In this document: positions 54,910 through 64,000 of the stretch, piece after piece
Layout of the letters: each line of letters begins with the position of its first letter
Numbering within the stretch: the stretch's first letter is position 1
Assembly: GCA_964019335.1 (NCBI GenBank)
Contig: OZ025649.1
Location: forward strand, 558,001-622,000
Direction: 5' to 3'
Length of the DNA: 64,000 bases
Source: Diplonema japonicum
Taxonomy: Eukaryota; Protista; Euglenozoa: Diplonemea
Made by a program: the position numbers and the translations under genes
Notes under the pieces: generated by a model
What the model was told of the DNA's origin: nothing
What the model saw: the letters and a program-made list of their open reading frames with translations, nothing else
Databases searched by the model: none

Positions 54910-56640
54910 ATGACAAAACGGCTAACGCCACAAGAGGTATGGCAGCAAGCCTGCGACGACGGGAGCACAAGCGACACCAATGAGAAAACGGCCAGTGAGG
55001 TATTGGTGAAGAGCCCCATAAAGTCCTCTCCGGACCATAACGAGGGCCATGACAGCCACAACGAGGGCCATGTAGAAGAGCCCGATATGTTCGATGGCGG
55101 GATATCATGCGAATTATTGATAGTGAACAGTCCTTCTGGGCCCCACAACCCGAGACAAAACGCCGCACCAAAAACATACGACCCAAGGGAGGCAGTCCTC
55201 TTAGTGACTAATTGCACAACAAGCCTTGAAGAAATATGGAACGAGATGGGCACGGAGGCCCCACGGAGAACCGAGACACTATCAACATTGTGGTCCAATA
55301 TGAGCTCCTTATTGTCAAGCACGGTGAAGGAAGAGGAGAAGAAACTATCGGTTTTACGAGAAACGGTTGACGAAACACTGCGTGCGTGCAGGGAACTGGA
55401 GGCGGCATTGAAATGGCCGGAGCTCATAGAGGCTTCGCAAGGCTCTTTATCGGTTCAGCTGTCGTCAGCGAAACAGCATCTCTCCTCCTTATCCACTGCC
55501 CACGAAGCACGTCTTGCAGCCTTCAGCCTGTTACACGACCTCAACGAGGACCTCGGCGGCAAACAAGGAAACCTCCCCATCCCATCGCAAGTCAGTCTCA
55601 TTGCTGATGTCAGCCTGGACAACCTCGAGGAATGCGTCAATGTCATGAACCTTGTCTCTCAAGACAGAGAAGCCACGTTGAACAACCTCCTCATTCTTGA
55701 AAATGAACGACTTGACGTTTTATGGGACAAGCTCATGATACCCACGAAGGACAGAAACGCGTTTTCAACATTCCTGAACGGTCTGACCCACCCGGACAGG
55801 GAGGTGTCAGATTCGGGTATCAAAACGGTAACGGTTGACAGGCTGATGGATTGGGTTGATCAACACAAAGGGAAGGAAGTGGAGAAAGGTGTTCTCGCTG
55901 CTGCCTTCTGCGGGTGTGCGGATTTGCAAGAAGCGCTCACATTGACGCAGCAGCAAGTGGAAAAGGCAAAGCTACAGTACGAAACGCAGCTGAGCCTGCA
56001 GGTTACAGAGACAAAGGAGCTTTTAATGGACCTTTGGGAACAGTACTTCACCCTGACCAAGGACAACACATACTCTCGCGATGTCATCTTGCGAGAGCGG
56101 CCCATCCCTAACGACGCAACAGAATCAAACCTAACTCTCATTGAAGGCGAAGTGCTGGGCATGGAACAAAAGCTTGAATCAGTGAAATCTGTCCTAACCG
56201 CGCTAACCCGCCGTGACGAGCTCCTCAAGGAGAAGGAGGCCATGGAACTCGCATCAAAGGACAAGGACAGGCTGACCGACCGTTCTCGTAACATGGCGCA
56301 GGTTCTCCTCCAAGAAGAACGTACCCGGAAAGCCCTCAAAAAAGAGCTTCCTAAAATCGAGAAATTTTTGAAATCCTACTGCGATACATACAGCAGAGAC
56401 AACAAAGGTCTACCTTTCATATATAAGGGGCTGCCGTTGGTCGATCAGCTCGGCTCAAATGATGTGGGCCATCACTCCCCTTCTCGGAGGGATAGGCAAC
56501 AACAGCAACAACAGCCGGAGCAGCGTGCGTCGCGGGCACGGTCCCCTGCAGTCGCCAGAAAGCGTGCAGTCGGTGCAGCGTCTCCTGCGCCTACATCCAG
56601 ACGGGTCAGCATTCCTCCAGCGACACGCAGGGCTGGGTAG
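54910..56640 (+). CDS. MAP65: MAP65/Ase1/PRC1 microtubule bundler
   Basis: Spectrin-like repeats (L..LWD.L.IP), signature DKDRLTDR..LLQEER.RK.LKKELPKIE..F.YKG. Confidence 0.85.
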   Translation: MTKRLTPQEVWQQACDDGSTSDTNEKTASEVLVKSPIKSSPDHNEGHDSHNEGHVEEPDMFDGGISCELLIVNSPSGPHNPRQNAAPKTYDPREAVLLVTNCTTSLEEIWNEMGTEAPRRTETLSTLWSNMSSLLSSTVKEEEKKLSVLRETVDETLRACRELEAALKWPELIEASQGSLSVQLSSAKQHLSSLSTAHEARLAAFSLLHDLNEDLGGKQGNLPIPSQVSLIADVSLDNLEECVNVMNLVSQDREATLNNLLILENERLDVLWDKLMIPTKDRNAFSTFLNGLTHPDREVSDSGIKTVTVDRLMDWVDQHKGKEVEKGVLAAAFCGCADLQEALTLTQQQVEKAKLQYETQLSLQVTETKELLMDLWEQYFTLTKDNTYSRDVILRERPIPNDATESNLTLIEGEVLGMEQKLESVKSVLTALTRRDELLKEKEAMELASKDKDRLTDRSRNMAQVLLQEERTRKALKKELPKIEKFLKSYCDTYSRDNKGLPFIYKGLPLVDQLGSNDVGHHSPSRRDRQQQQQQPEQRASRARSPAVARKRAVGAASPAPTSRRVSIPPATRRAG

Positions 56641-56919
56641 GAACACTATGCAAAATAGATTCAAAAGGGGTTTTCCTTCTCTCGCTCCTGTTCCCCCGAT
56701 TTCTTTTTTTTCTCTCTCTCTTCCATCATTATTATAGCCCCCCCGTCCCCCTGTTTATCCTGCCTGCTCCTCCCCACGCGTAGATCCGAGTAATTGTTGA
56801 AAAAGAAAGAAAAGCTGCGAGAAAATAAAAAAAAAAGAGGTCTTTGTTTATTACCCATCGTAAGAAGGAAAAAAACCAAACCACACCCAGGGAGGGTTGC
56901 TGTCTGTACCCAACTCTCG

Positions 56920-59900
56920 ATGCGGCGATACAGTTTAGTGTGGGTCGTGGTGTGGATGGTGATGGTGGTGAGTGTAGACGGGCAAAGCGTGTCGCAGGTA
57001 GTAGAGGGGATGACGGTGGAAGCGTCAACGACATACGCGTACTGGAAGAGGGTGGGGCTGGACGCAGTGCTTGCAGACGCAGGGAAGAGTTTCACGGTAT
57101 TTGTACCGAGCGAGACGGCGTGGCAGGCGGCAGGGCCTGGCGGGATACAGTACTTTGAGAATAACGCAGCAGAGCTGGAACGGATAATGCGATACCACAT
57201 CACAGAGGGCAGCTCTCTGAACAGCATCCAAGCCTCCTCAGCGTCTCCTATCACAACTCTTCAAACCTCTACTCTCAGTGTCACCCCTGACGGCACGGGC
57301 TTCAAGGTCAACAGTGTCGCCTCGATCACCACTGCTGACATCGCTGCATCGAATGGCATGGTCCACATCGTGAACCGACTCCTCATCTACCCTGGGTCTC
57401 CTACCCCCACTCGCACTGTGCAGGAGATCGTGTCTCAAGAACCTGACCTCACCGAACTCGATGCGAAGCTCCAAACCATCAGCCTCCGCAACGTCCTCTC
57501 GTCACCGCTGGCTACCTATACTTTTATCGCGCCCACCAACGCTGCGTGGGCCAAGCTCACCCCATTCCAAACAGCGGGGCTTTCCGACACCAACACAGTC
57601 CTCCGTGTGCTGAACCACCACACGTCCCCCACATACCTCCCTATACAGAACCCTCTTCCTGTTCTGCTCCCCACACTTGATACCCCTAATAACTTGTTGT
57701 ACACCCGAACGCCGTACGCTTTCAACGCCAGCGTGATTCTCCGCGAGATCCCCGCCGTGAACGGGGTTGTGTACACCATTGAGGACATCATCTTCCCTGC
57801 AGGCATCTTGGTGCCTTTCGATATCATGCAGGTCATCAACGCAAATCCTAATCTCAAGAATACGTCTGAGAAACTTACACGAACAGGGCTGGATGCGACA
57901 CTTCGGTCAACAGGACCTTACACAGTCTTCGCACCGACAGACGCCGCGTGGGCGGCACTAGAGTCTGGTGTGATAGGGTTCCTCGAGAGGGACACTTCCG
58001 GCCTCCAAGGCATCATGTCCTACCACTTGATCAACAGCGCTTCGTATACGGAAGCAGTGCTACGTATGCTGAGCACAGTGACGTCAGCTCAGGGTGGGGT
58101 GCTCACAGTGACGCTGATGGGTGTCTCGCTGGTCATAAACAGTGCCTCCACGGTGGTCCTAGCTGACCAGGTTGCTTCCAACGGCATGGTCCATATCGTT
58201 GATCAGGTTCTTATCGCACCCAATATCATCCCCACCCTCAACATCGTGAGCGTCGTTGGCGGGCAACCCCTCATCTTGTCCCGTACCTATTCCGCGATCC
58301 TGCAGTCCATCTCTGCAACGCTCAGTCAAGCTGGGCCAATGACGTTCCTCGCACCAAGCGACGCGGCCTTCAACACACTGACGCAATCACAACTCAACTC
58401 ACTGCTGTCCGACACCGTTCTCCTCTCTAGAGTGATGAGCTACCACACACTTCCTTTATATGTGTCTGTCAATGACATGCTGCAGAACCCAAGCAGTACC
58501 TACTCCACGCTGGACGGTTCGAACACTTTGGCCAAGACGGTCTCTGGGCCTGTGATTACGTTCTCTGATGGCACTAGGAGCGTACAGTTGAACAGAACCT
58601 TCTCCGACAACCCTGCGACCAATGGAATCGTGCACATTGTAGACGGCTTCCTTTTGCCCCCAGGCGTGCCCCTTCCTGGTGACACTGTAGTGGACGTCAT
58701 CTCCGGCAGGCTGGAAACCTCGCAGTTCTCCTCTTTGCTGACCATTGCGGGGATTAACACCGATCTGCAGCAGACTGGCCCTTTCACAGTTTTCCCTCCA
58801 GCTGATAGTGCCTTTGCTTCACTTCCTTCTGGAGCAGTGCCGTACTTGACCCACCGACCGGGGGTCCTGCAGCAGGTATTGCTGTACCATGTCTTTCTCG
58901 GAAACGTGAAGGCAGCTTCGCTTCAGGGAAGCTCTCCTTTTAAAACTGTTCAAGGTGATCTCCTAAGTATTACGAGAAGTGGAGCAAGGCTGCTGCTTGA
59001 CGGTGTAAGCCAGATCACGATTCCTGACCTTCAGGCATCGAATGGTGTAGTGCATGTCGTAGATACCTTGGTGTTGCCCTTCTCAGTGAAGCTGCCGAGC
59101 ATGAACCTGCTGGAGGTGGTAGTTAGTGAGGGGGGAACACTGTCTACTTTTAGGACGATGGTGAGTGTTGGCACGATGGAGGGAGTGCTGCAAGGAGCGG
59201 GTGCACTGACGTTGTTCGCCCCGAGTAACACTGCGATGACGAACCTGGACAGTACCACAAGGACGCTACTCCTAGCGGACCCCACGATGCTTGCGAAGGT
59301 GATAAGGTACACACTAGTGCAGGGTTATTATGACGTGTCTGACCTTACGAGTACTGCTCCGAGCAGTCTGATCACTTTGGACGCCCCTAACACGCTGTCG
59401 TATGCAACGGCAACGTCGCAGAGAATCCTGGTCGACGGGAACAGCGAGATCGTGCGCAGCATCCCTGCTAACAACGGTGTTCTTCACGTCATGACTCAGC
59501 TGCTGATCCCTCCGAACACAATACCTATGACGCCTCCCTCCACAGCCTTCTCTCTGTGGGAGGTCGTCAACAACCGTACCGACACTTCCTCCTTCGCGTA
59601 TCTTGTGAGTCTTGCAGGCCAGCAGACCCTTCTGCAGTCATCTTCTCAACAGACTCTCTTTGTACCTTCTAATACAGCACTCCTAAACCTCCCCACAGGC
59701 ATCACGGAGCTTCTCCAGCGCCAACCCTCGCTTCTTGCTAATATCATCAAGTACCACCTCCTTACAGCAGGTGCTTACTCTGCTGGGACCCTAGCTTCTG
59801 TGTCTCCTGCAATGACGGCGCAGGGGCAAACCCTCAAGATCACACACGTGACGACAAATATCATGATCGACGACAAGGCGCTGGTTACCGTTCCCGATGT

Positions 59901-62900
59901 GCCTGCTTCGAATGGCGTTATACACGTCATCAACGAGCTCGTCGTGCCATCAGGGGCGGGGCTCCCGACAATGGACTTGCTGCAGACGATCCAAAGCCAG
60001 CAGCAACTTACAACTTTTTACTCTAGTGCTGTTGCAGCCCACATATCAACAGAGTTGCAAGTGTCCGGGCCGCTGACAGTATTCGCGCCCACCGATGCGG
60101 CCTTTGCAGTGTACCCCCAGCTAGCTGCGGTGACAAGCGACCCCAGCGTCCTCAGGCTGTTGCTGGAGCACCACATTCACCCACAGTACAAGGACTCCGT
60201 CGACTTGGTTAAGTCCGCACCGTCGTCGCTCAACACACTGGCTGTGAGCCAGCAGGCGTCGTCACTTATCAGCTACACCTTGGGAGCTGGGAACGTGATC
60301 CTTCTAAACAACGTAGTGAGGGTGACAATCAGTGACATACGTGCAACAAACGGCGTGCTGCACATGATTGACGCTGTGCTGCCTGTGACCTTGCCCCCTT
60401 CACTATCCAGCACGCTGCAAGAGGTTCTCGAGAAACGGGCAGACACCACGGACTTCGCCTCCACGACCAGGTCAGTTGGGCTCTACAACGAGCTTAGCAG
60501 CGGACCGGGAACAGGAAGTGCTGGACCGTACACAGTGTTTGCCCCTTCCAACCAGGCATGGGCAGCGCTCCCTGCGGGTGTCAGAGAGATGCTCTCACGA
60601 AGGCTGGACATCCTCACGAATGTGATGAGATACCATGTCGTTGCGGGCTTTGGGCTTACGGCAGTTGCCGCGCCCCAGGCGTCACCGGCCACCACCATGC
60701 AAGGCCAGGTGGTGACAATCAGCAATTCACAGTACGGTCTGCAAATCCAGCAAGCCATCGCAACCGTGAGAGATCTTCGCGCAAGCAACGGTGTGGCCCA
60801 CGTCATCGACCAGGTGCTCGACTACCCTGGTTCCCCACTGCCAAAGCAAAACCTTGTGCAGGTTATCAGCACCACACCGTCTCTGACACAGTTCAGCGCG
60901 CTACTCCGCTCATCAGCTACTCTCACTACGCTTTTGTCGACTGGGCTGTACACGGTGATAGCCCCCACCGACTTGGCGTTTTCACGCCTTCCCACTGCTG
61001 AGTACAACGCACTACTCAACGATCCTGAGTCGGCGCTGCGTGATCACATCATTCAAGAGTACCTCGCTGCAAGCGACTTCCTGTCAACTTCCCCTGGTGT
61101 GAAGCAGGTTTTGAACCCATCGCAGACCATCACATACCGCGCGGGCACAGGGTCCACTAGTGGATCTAGTCTTGTTACCTTCAACTATGAGACTTCGCGC
61201 CCATCCACTTTGCAGCAAGCGGACATCCCTGCCACGAATGGTGTGGTGCATATCGTTGACATGATCATCACGCCAGGAACTGGGGTTCCGCCGCCGCCAG
61301 GTACCACTGTTGCGCCTGTGTCATCTGTTAGTTCTGTGCTTGTGTGGGGTGACGCCAACGGAGGTGGCGATGCCAGCACAGTGGCAGCACTGTTAGGTAC
61401 TATGGAAAGAATCTACTCCAACGACGCTGCTTTTGTTGCCGTGCCTTCGTCTGGCGTTGGGCTCATCGCGTGGGGGAACACCAACAGCGGTGGACTGGGT
61501 CCTAGCGTGAGTGGGTTCTCTGCCGTGACCGATGTCAAGAATACAAGGACGGCATTTGCGGCGTTGCGTGCAGATGGTTCGGTGATAGCGTGGGGCGACG
61601 CGGCAGCAGGGGGCAACGCTCAAGGCGTGCAGCTCTCATGCTGCATCACATCGGTGACAGGTTCTTCTCGTGCCTTCGCAGCTGTGAAAACTGATGGTTC
61701 TGTTGTGTCATGGGGTGACTCTGCCTATGGCGGCAACGCTCCTGTACTGCAACAAATATCAGACATCACTGCCAACGATGGTGCCTTCGCCGCAAGGTCG
61801 TTTGCGGGTGGCGTGGCCACATGGGGCATTGGCAACCAGGGCGGCGACTCCACCACGGTGGTATCGCTGCTCACCAATGTTGTGGGCATCAGCTCTACGT
61901 ACTCCTCGTTTGCTGCCATTAGGTCCGACGGGAGCGTGGTGGCATGGGGTGCGGCCAACACTGGTGGTAATTCTGCTACTGTGCAGTCGCTTCTGACCGG
62001 CGTGCAATCCGTGGCTGCAACAGCAAATGCGTTTGCTGCACTTAAGAATGATGGTACTGTCGTAGCGTGGGGCACTGCTGCTGGTGGAGGCGATGCGTCT
62101 GCTGTTGCACAGCAGCTCAGGAATGTCAAGACCTTGTTCACCACAGAAGGGGCTTTCGCTGCATTGACGTTCGATAACCGTGTGGTGACGTGGGGAGGAC
62201 CCGGTGGGGACTCCGCTCAGGTACAGCCCCTTACGAACGTGAACGCTATTTACAGCACTGACTCTGCCTTTGCTGCCGTGAGAAACGATGGAACTGTCTC
62301 TGCTTGGGGATCCCCTGGTTATGGGGGCAGTATCCCAGCCAGCACTGCTCCGCTCTTGGTGGGCGTTACGTCCATTGTAGGTACATCACGGGCATTTGCT
62401 GCATCGCGATCGGATGGTGTGGTCGTGACGTGGGGGGATGTGCTTGCGGGAGGCGACCCTGGCATCATCAACACCCAGCTGCTCACACCCATCGGGTCTG
62501 CCAGGTCAGTGGCATCAACGAACACAGCATTTGCTGCCTTTAGTTCTGTTCTTCCCTCGAATGGGTGTAACATTCTAACCTGCAACGGGAACCACATTTC
62601 GTACAGTCAGACTGGCAGCGTTTGCACGTGTGTCTGCAAGCCAAACTACTCTGGTGCTTTCTGTGACTCATGCGCACCTGGGTATCTCAACTACCCTATT
62701 TGTGCAGGAAATGTCATCACCCCGACGCCGTGGTTTTCACCTTCCTATTCTCCGTTGCCACAGACCCCTCTGCCTTCGCAGCTGCCACTGCCCACCCCGC
62801 CGCCTACGTCGTGCTTGATATGGACGGACTGCAACGGGCACGCCTCGTCTGTGACGGACAACCCGTTAGGCCCGGGTTGCATCTGCCAGTGTTACAACAA

Positions 62901-64000
62901 CTACGGGGGTGCTAAGTGCAACACATGTGCCACTGGGTACGTTGACTACCCTGCTTGTGCTCAGGGCATCTGGGTACTCGTCAGCGAAACTCGTGCATGC
63001 TACATGAACAGCGAAGACTCGCAACCCGTGTACGGCTCGACAACGGATCTGCTCCCTTCGCTGTTGGCATGTCAGCAATCGTGTTCAGAGAGGAACTGGT
63101 GTGCTGCTGTGGATTGGTACCGCACCACGCAGGTTTGCAGGATGTACAGCGATTCGTGTGCAGATCCTAAAGACCCGTTTGATGGCGCTTCTCACTGGAG
63201 GCTTGTGTCTCCTTCAGCAGTGACCACACCAGTCCCAACGGATATCCAAACCCCCTCCCCTGCAGGGTGCCCGTGGGTATCGCCCACAGGCAGGCATGAC
63301 GAGTACGACTGTAGTGATGGGACCACCTGCAATCTTGTGATTGAGGGGACCAATTGCTGTTCAAACAGGAGGGGTCGCCTGAGGTGCCCCGACAACCTTC
63401 CAGTGATGTGCTCTGCAGTTGATGCTGACTGTGATAATGACTATTGCTGCGTCACTACGGCACCGGAGTGTGCCTCCAATGGAGGTCCCCGTCCATGCAC
63501 TAACATGGATGTAACTCCATGCGGTTTGAGCAGAGAAGGAGGAGACGGCAAGGTGTGGACGGGCTCCAGCAGCGTTGATGCCCCTCCTCTGACAGGCATC
63601 AGTGGGGTATACGCCAACAGTGCAGCATATGCTGCTGTCACGACAAGCGGTTCTGTCATCACATGGGGTGCGGACTACGCAGGAGGCGACTCAGGGCTTG
63701 TTGCCAATGATCTCCGTTCTGGTGTGGTCAAGGTCTTCAGCACCGACAGGGCGTTTGCTGCATTAACAGACATCGGCCGTGTCATCACGTGGGGTGACAA
63801 TGGTCTGGGGCAGAACTCTGATCCTGTCATGAGCCTCCTCCAAAGGGATGTGAAGACGATCTACTCAACTGACAATGCGTTTGCTGCTTTGAAGCTCAAT
63901 GGCGGTGTTGTTACCTGGGGGCACAAGTACTACGGTGCCGACTCCTCGACAGTCGCTTCACTCCTGGCATCTGGTGTGGAACGTATCTTCTCCACAAATG
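56920..64000 (+). CDS. Giant secreted/surface protein (partial, >2360 aa): signal peptide, 10 fasciclin (FAS1) domains, RCC1/BLIP-II-like WG repeats, EGF-like, PAN/apple-like and Cys-rich modules
   Basis: Open frame from ATG 56920 with no stop seen before the window end; ten TVFAP..YH..NGVVH units; AFAAL..DGSVV.WG...GGD repeats at about 61340-62540 and 63540-64000; CNGN..C.C..YSGAFCDSCAPGY. Confidence 0.92.
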   Translation, partial: MRRYSLVWVVVWMVMVVSVDGQSVSQVVEGMTVEASTTYAYWKRVGLDAVLADAGKSFTVFVPSETAWQAAGPGGIQYFENNAAELERIMRYHITEGSSLNSIQASSASPITTLQTSTLSVTPDGTGFKVNSVASITTADIAASNGMVHIVNRLLIYPGSPTPTRTVQEIVSQEPDLTELDAKLQTISLRNVLSSPLATYTFIAPTNAAWAKLTPFQTAGLSDTNTVLRVLNHHTSPTYLPIQNPLPVLLPTLDTPNNLLYTRTPYAFNASVILREIPAVNGVVYTIEDIIFPAGILVPFDIMQVINANPNLKNTSEKLTRTGLDATLRSTGPYTVFAPTDAAWAALESGVIGFLERDTSGLQGIMSYHLINSASYTEAVLRMLSTVTSAQGGVLTVTLMGVSLVINSASTVVLADQVASNGMVHIVDQVLIAPNIIPTLNIVSVVGGQPLILSRTYSAILQSISATLSQAGPMTFLAPSDAAFNTLTQSQLNSLLSDTVLLSRVMSYHTLPLYVSVNDMLQNPSSTYSTLDGSNTLAKTVSGPVITFSDGTRSVQLNRTFSDNPATNGIVHIVDGFLLPPGVPLPGDTVVDVISGRLETSQFSSLLTIAGINTDLQQTGPFTVFPPADSAFASLPSGAVPYLTHRPGVLQQVLLYHVFLGNVKAASLQGSSPFKTVQGDLLSITRSGARLLLDGVSQITIPDLQASNGVVHVVDTLVLPFSVKLPSMNLLEVVVSEGGTLSTFRTMVSVGTMEGVLQGAGALTLFAPSNTAMTNLDSTTRTLLLADPTMLAKVIRYTLVQGYYDVSDLTSTAPSSLITLDAPNTLSYATATSQRILVDGNSEIVRSIPANNGVLHVMTQLLIPPNTIPMTPPSTAFSLWEVVNNRTDTSSFAYLVSLAGQQTLLQSSSQQTLFVPSNTALLNLPTGITELLQRQPSLLANIIKYHLLTAGAYSAGTLASVSPAMTAQGQTLKITHVTTNIMIDDKALVTVPDVPASNGVIHVINELVVPSGAGLPTMDLLQTIQSQQQLTTFYSSAVAAHISTELQVSGPLTVFAPTDAAFAVYPQLAAVTSDPSVLRLLLEHHIHPQYKDSVDLVKSAPSSLNTLAVSQQASSLISYTLGAGNVILLNNVVRVTISDIRATNGVLHMIDAVLPVTLPPSLSSTLQEVLEKRADTTDFASTTRSVGLYNELSSGPGTGSAGPYTVFAPSNQAWAALPAGVREMLSRRLDILTNVMRYHVVAGFGLTAVAAPQASPATTMQGQVVTISNSQYGLQIQQAIATVRDLRASNGVAHVIDQVLDYPGSPLPKQNLVQVISTTPSLTQFSALLRSSATLTTLLSTGLYTVIAPTDLAFSRLPTAEYNALLNDPESALRDHIIQEYLAASDFLSTSPGVKQVLNPSQTITYRAGTGSTSGSSLVTFNYETSRPSTLQQADIPATNGVVHIVDMIITPGTGVPPPPGTTVAPVSSVSSVLVWGDANGGGDASTVAALLGTMERIYSNDAAFVAVPSSGVGLIAWGNTNSGGLGPSVSGFSAVTDVKNTRTAFAALRADGSVIAWGDAAAGGNAQGVQLSCCITSVTGSSRAFAAVKTDGSVVSWGDSAYGGNAPVLQQISDITANDGAFAARSFAGGVATWGIGNQGGDSTTVVSLLTNVVGISSTYSSFAAIRSDGSVVAWGAANTGGNSATVQSLLTGVQSVAATANAFAALKNDGTVVAWGTAAGGGDASAVAQQLRNVKTLFTTEGAFAALTFDNRVVTWGGPGGDSAQVQPLTNVNAIYSTDSAFAAVRNDGTVSAWGSPGYGGSIPASTAPLLVGVTSIVGTSRAFAASRSDGVVVTWGDVLAGGDPGIINTQLLTPIGSARSVASTNTAFAAFSSVLPSNGCNILTCNGNHISYSQTGSVCTCVCKPNYSGAFCDSCAPGYLNYPICAGNVITPTPWFSPSYSPLPQTPLPSQLPLPTPPPTSCLIWTDCNGHASSVTDNPLGPGCICQCYNNYGGAKCNTCATGYVDYPACAQGIWVLVSETRACYMNSEDSQPVYGSTTDLLPSLLACQQSCSERNWCAAVDWYRTTQVCRMYSDSCADPKDPFDGASHWRLVSPSAVTTPVPTDIQTPSPAGCPWVSPTGRHDEYDCSDGTTCNLVIEGTNCCSNRRGRLRCPDNLPVMCSAVDADCDNDYCCVTTAPECASNGGPRPCTNMDVTPCGLSREGGDGKVWTGSSSVDAPPLTGISGVYANSAAYAAVTTSGSVITWGADYAGGDSGLVANDLRSGVVKVFSTDRAFAALTDIGRVITWGDNGLGQNSDPVMSLLQRDVKTIYSTDNAFAALKLNGGVVTWGHKYYGADSSTVASLLASGVERIFSTN

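Noticed and set aside
6874-63662. Minus-strand ORFs overlapping the long genes
   Set aside because: Antisense shadows with no recognisable motifs; only the hAT fragment is supported on the minus strand
1-64000. tRNA, rRNA, SL RNA, CRISPR arrays, stop-codon reassignment
   Set aside because: No cloverleaf, rRNA, spliced-leader or repeat-spacer pattern seen by eye; TAA, TAG and TGA all terminate genes, and apparent internal stops are explained by introns

Overview
Gene-dense eukaryotic (protist) DNA. About 25 host protein-coding genes all lie on the + strand, some only 60-100 nt apart, separated by spacers rich in A/T/C/G homopolymers. This layout, plus an MLRR-type mitochondrial presequence, GKG-rich low-complexity tails and receptor-type cyclase-like and WG-repeat surface proteins, suggests a euglenozoan, probably diplonemid-like, directional gene cluster (inference). 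Recognisable genes: Kelch protein, cNMP-binding protein, C1/ankyrin protein, SF3B1, RMI2, NOP2, mucolipin, CAMK-group kinase, EME1, degenerate receptor cyclase, BI-1, kinesin, Fn3 protein, SDR, pseudo-metacaspase, two mosaic cyclin paralogs, MAP65/PRC1, and a >2360-aa secreted 10xFAS1/WG-repeat/EGF protein that runs off the window and is missing from the ORF track. Mobile DNA: a 5'-truncated, frameshifted LINE and a 953-bp internally deleted hAT element with intact TIRs and an 8-bp TSD. Most interesting: (i) 18 tiny GT-AG introns (32-62 nt), mostly with A/AC-rich acceptors and no polypyrimidine tract, together with an SF3B1 that naturally carries substitutions at human cancer-hotspot positions governing 3' splice-site choice; (ii) short conserved, structured intergenic modules and G-U-rich hairpins; (iii) patchwork divergence between the two cyclins. 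All alignments and folds were done by eye and need computational confirmation.
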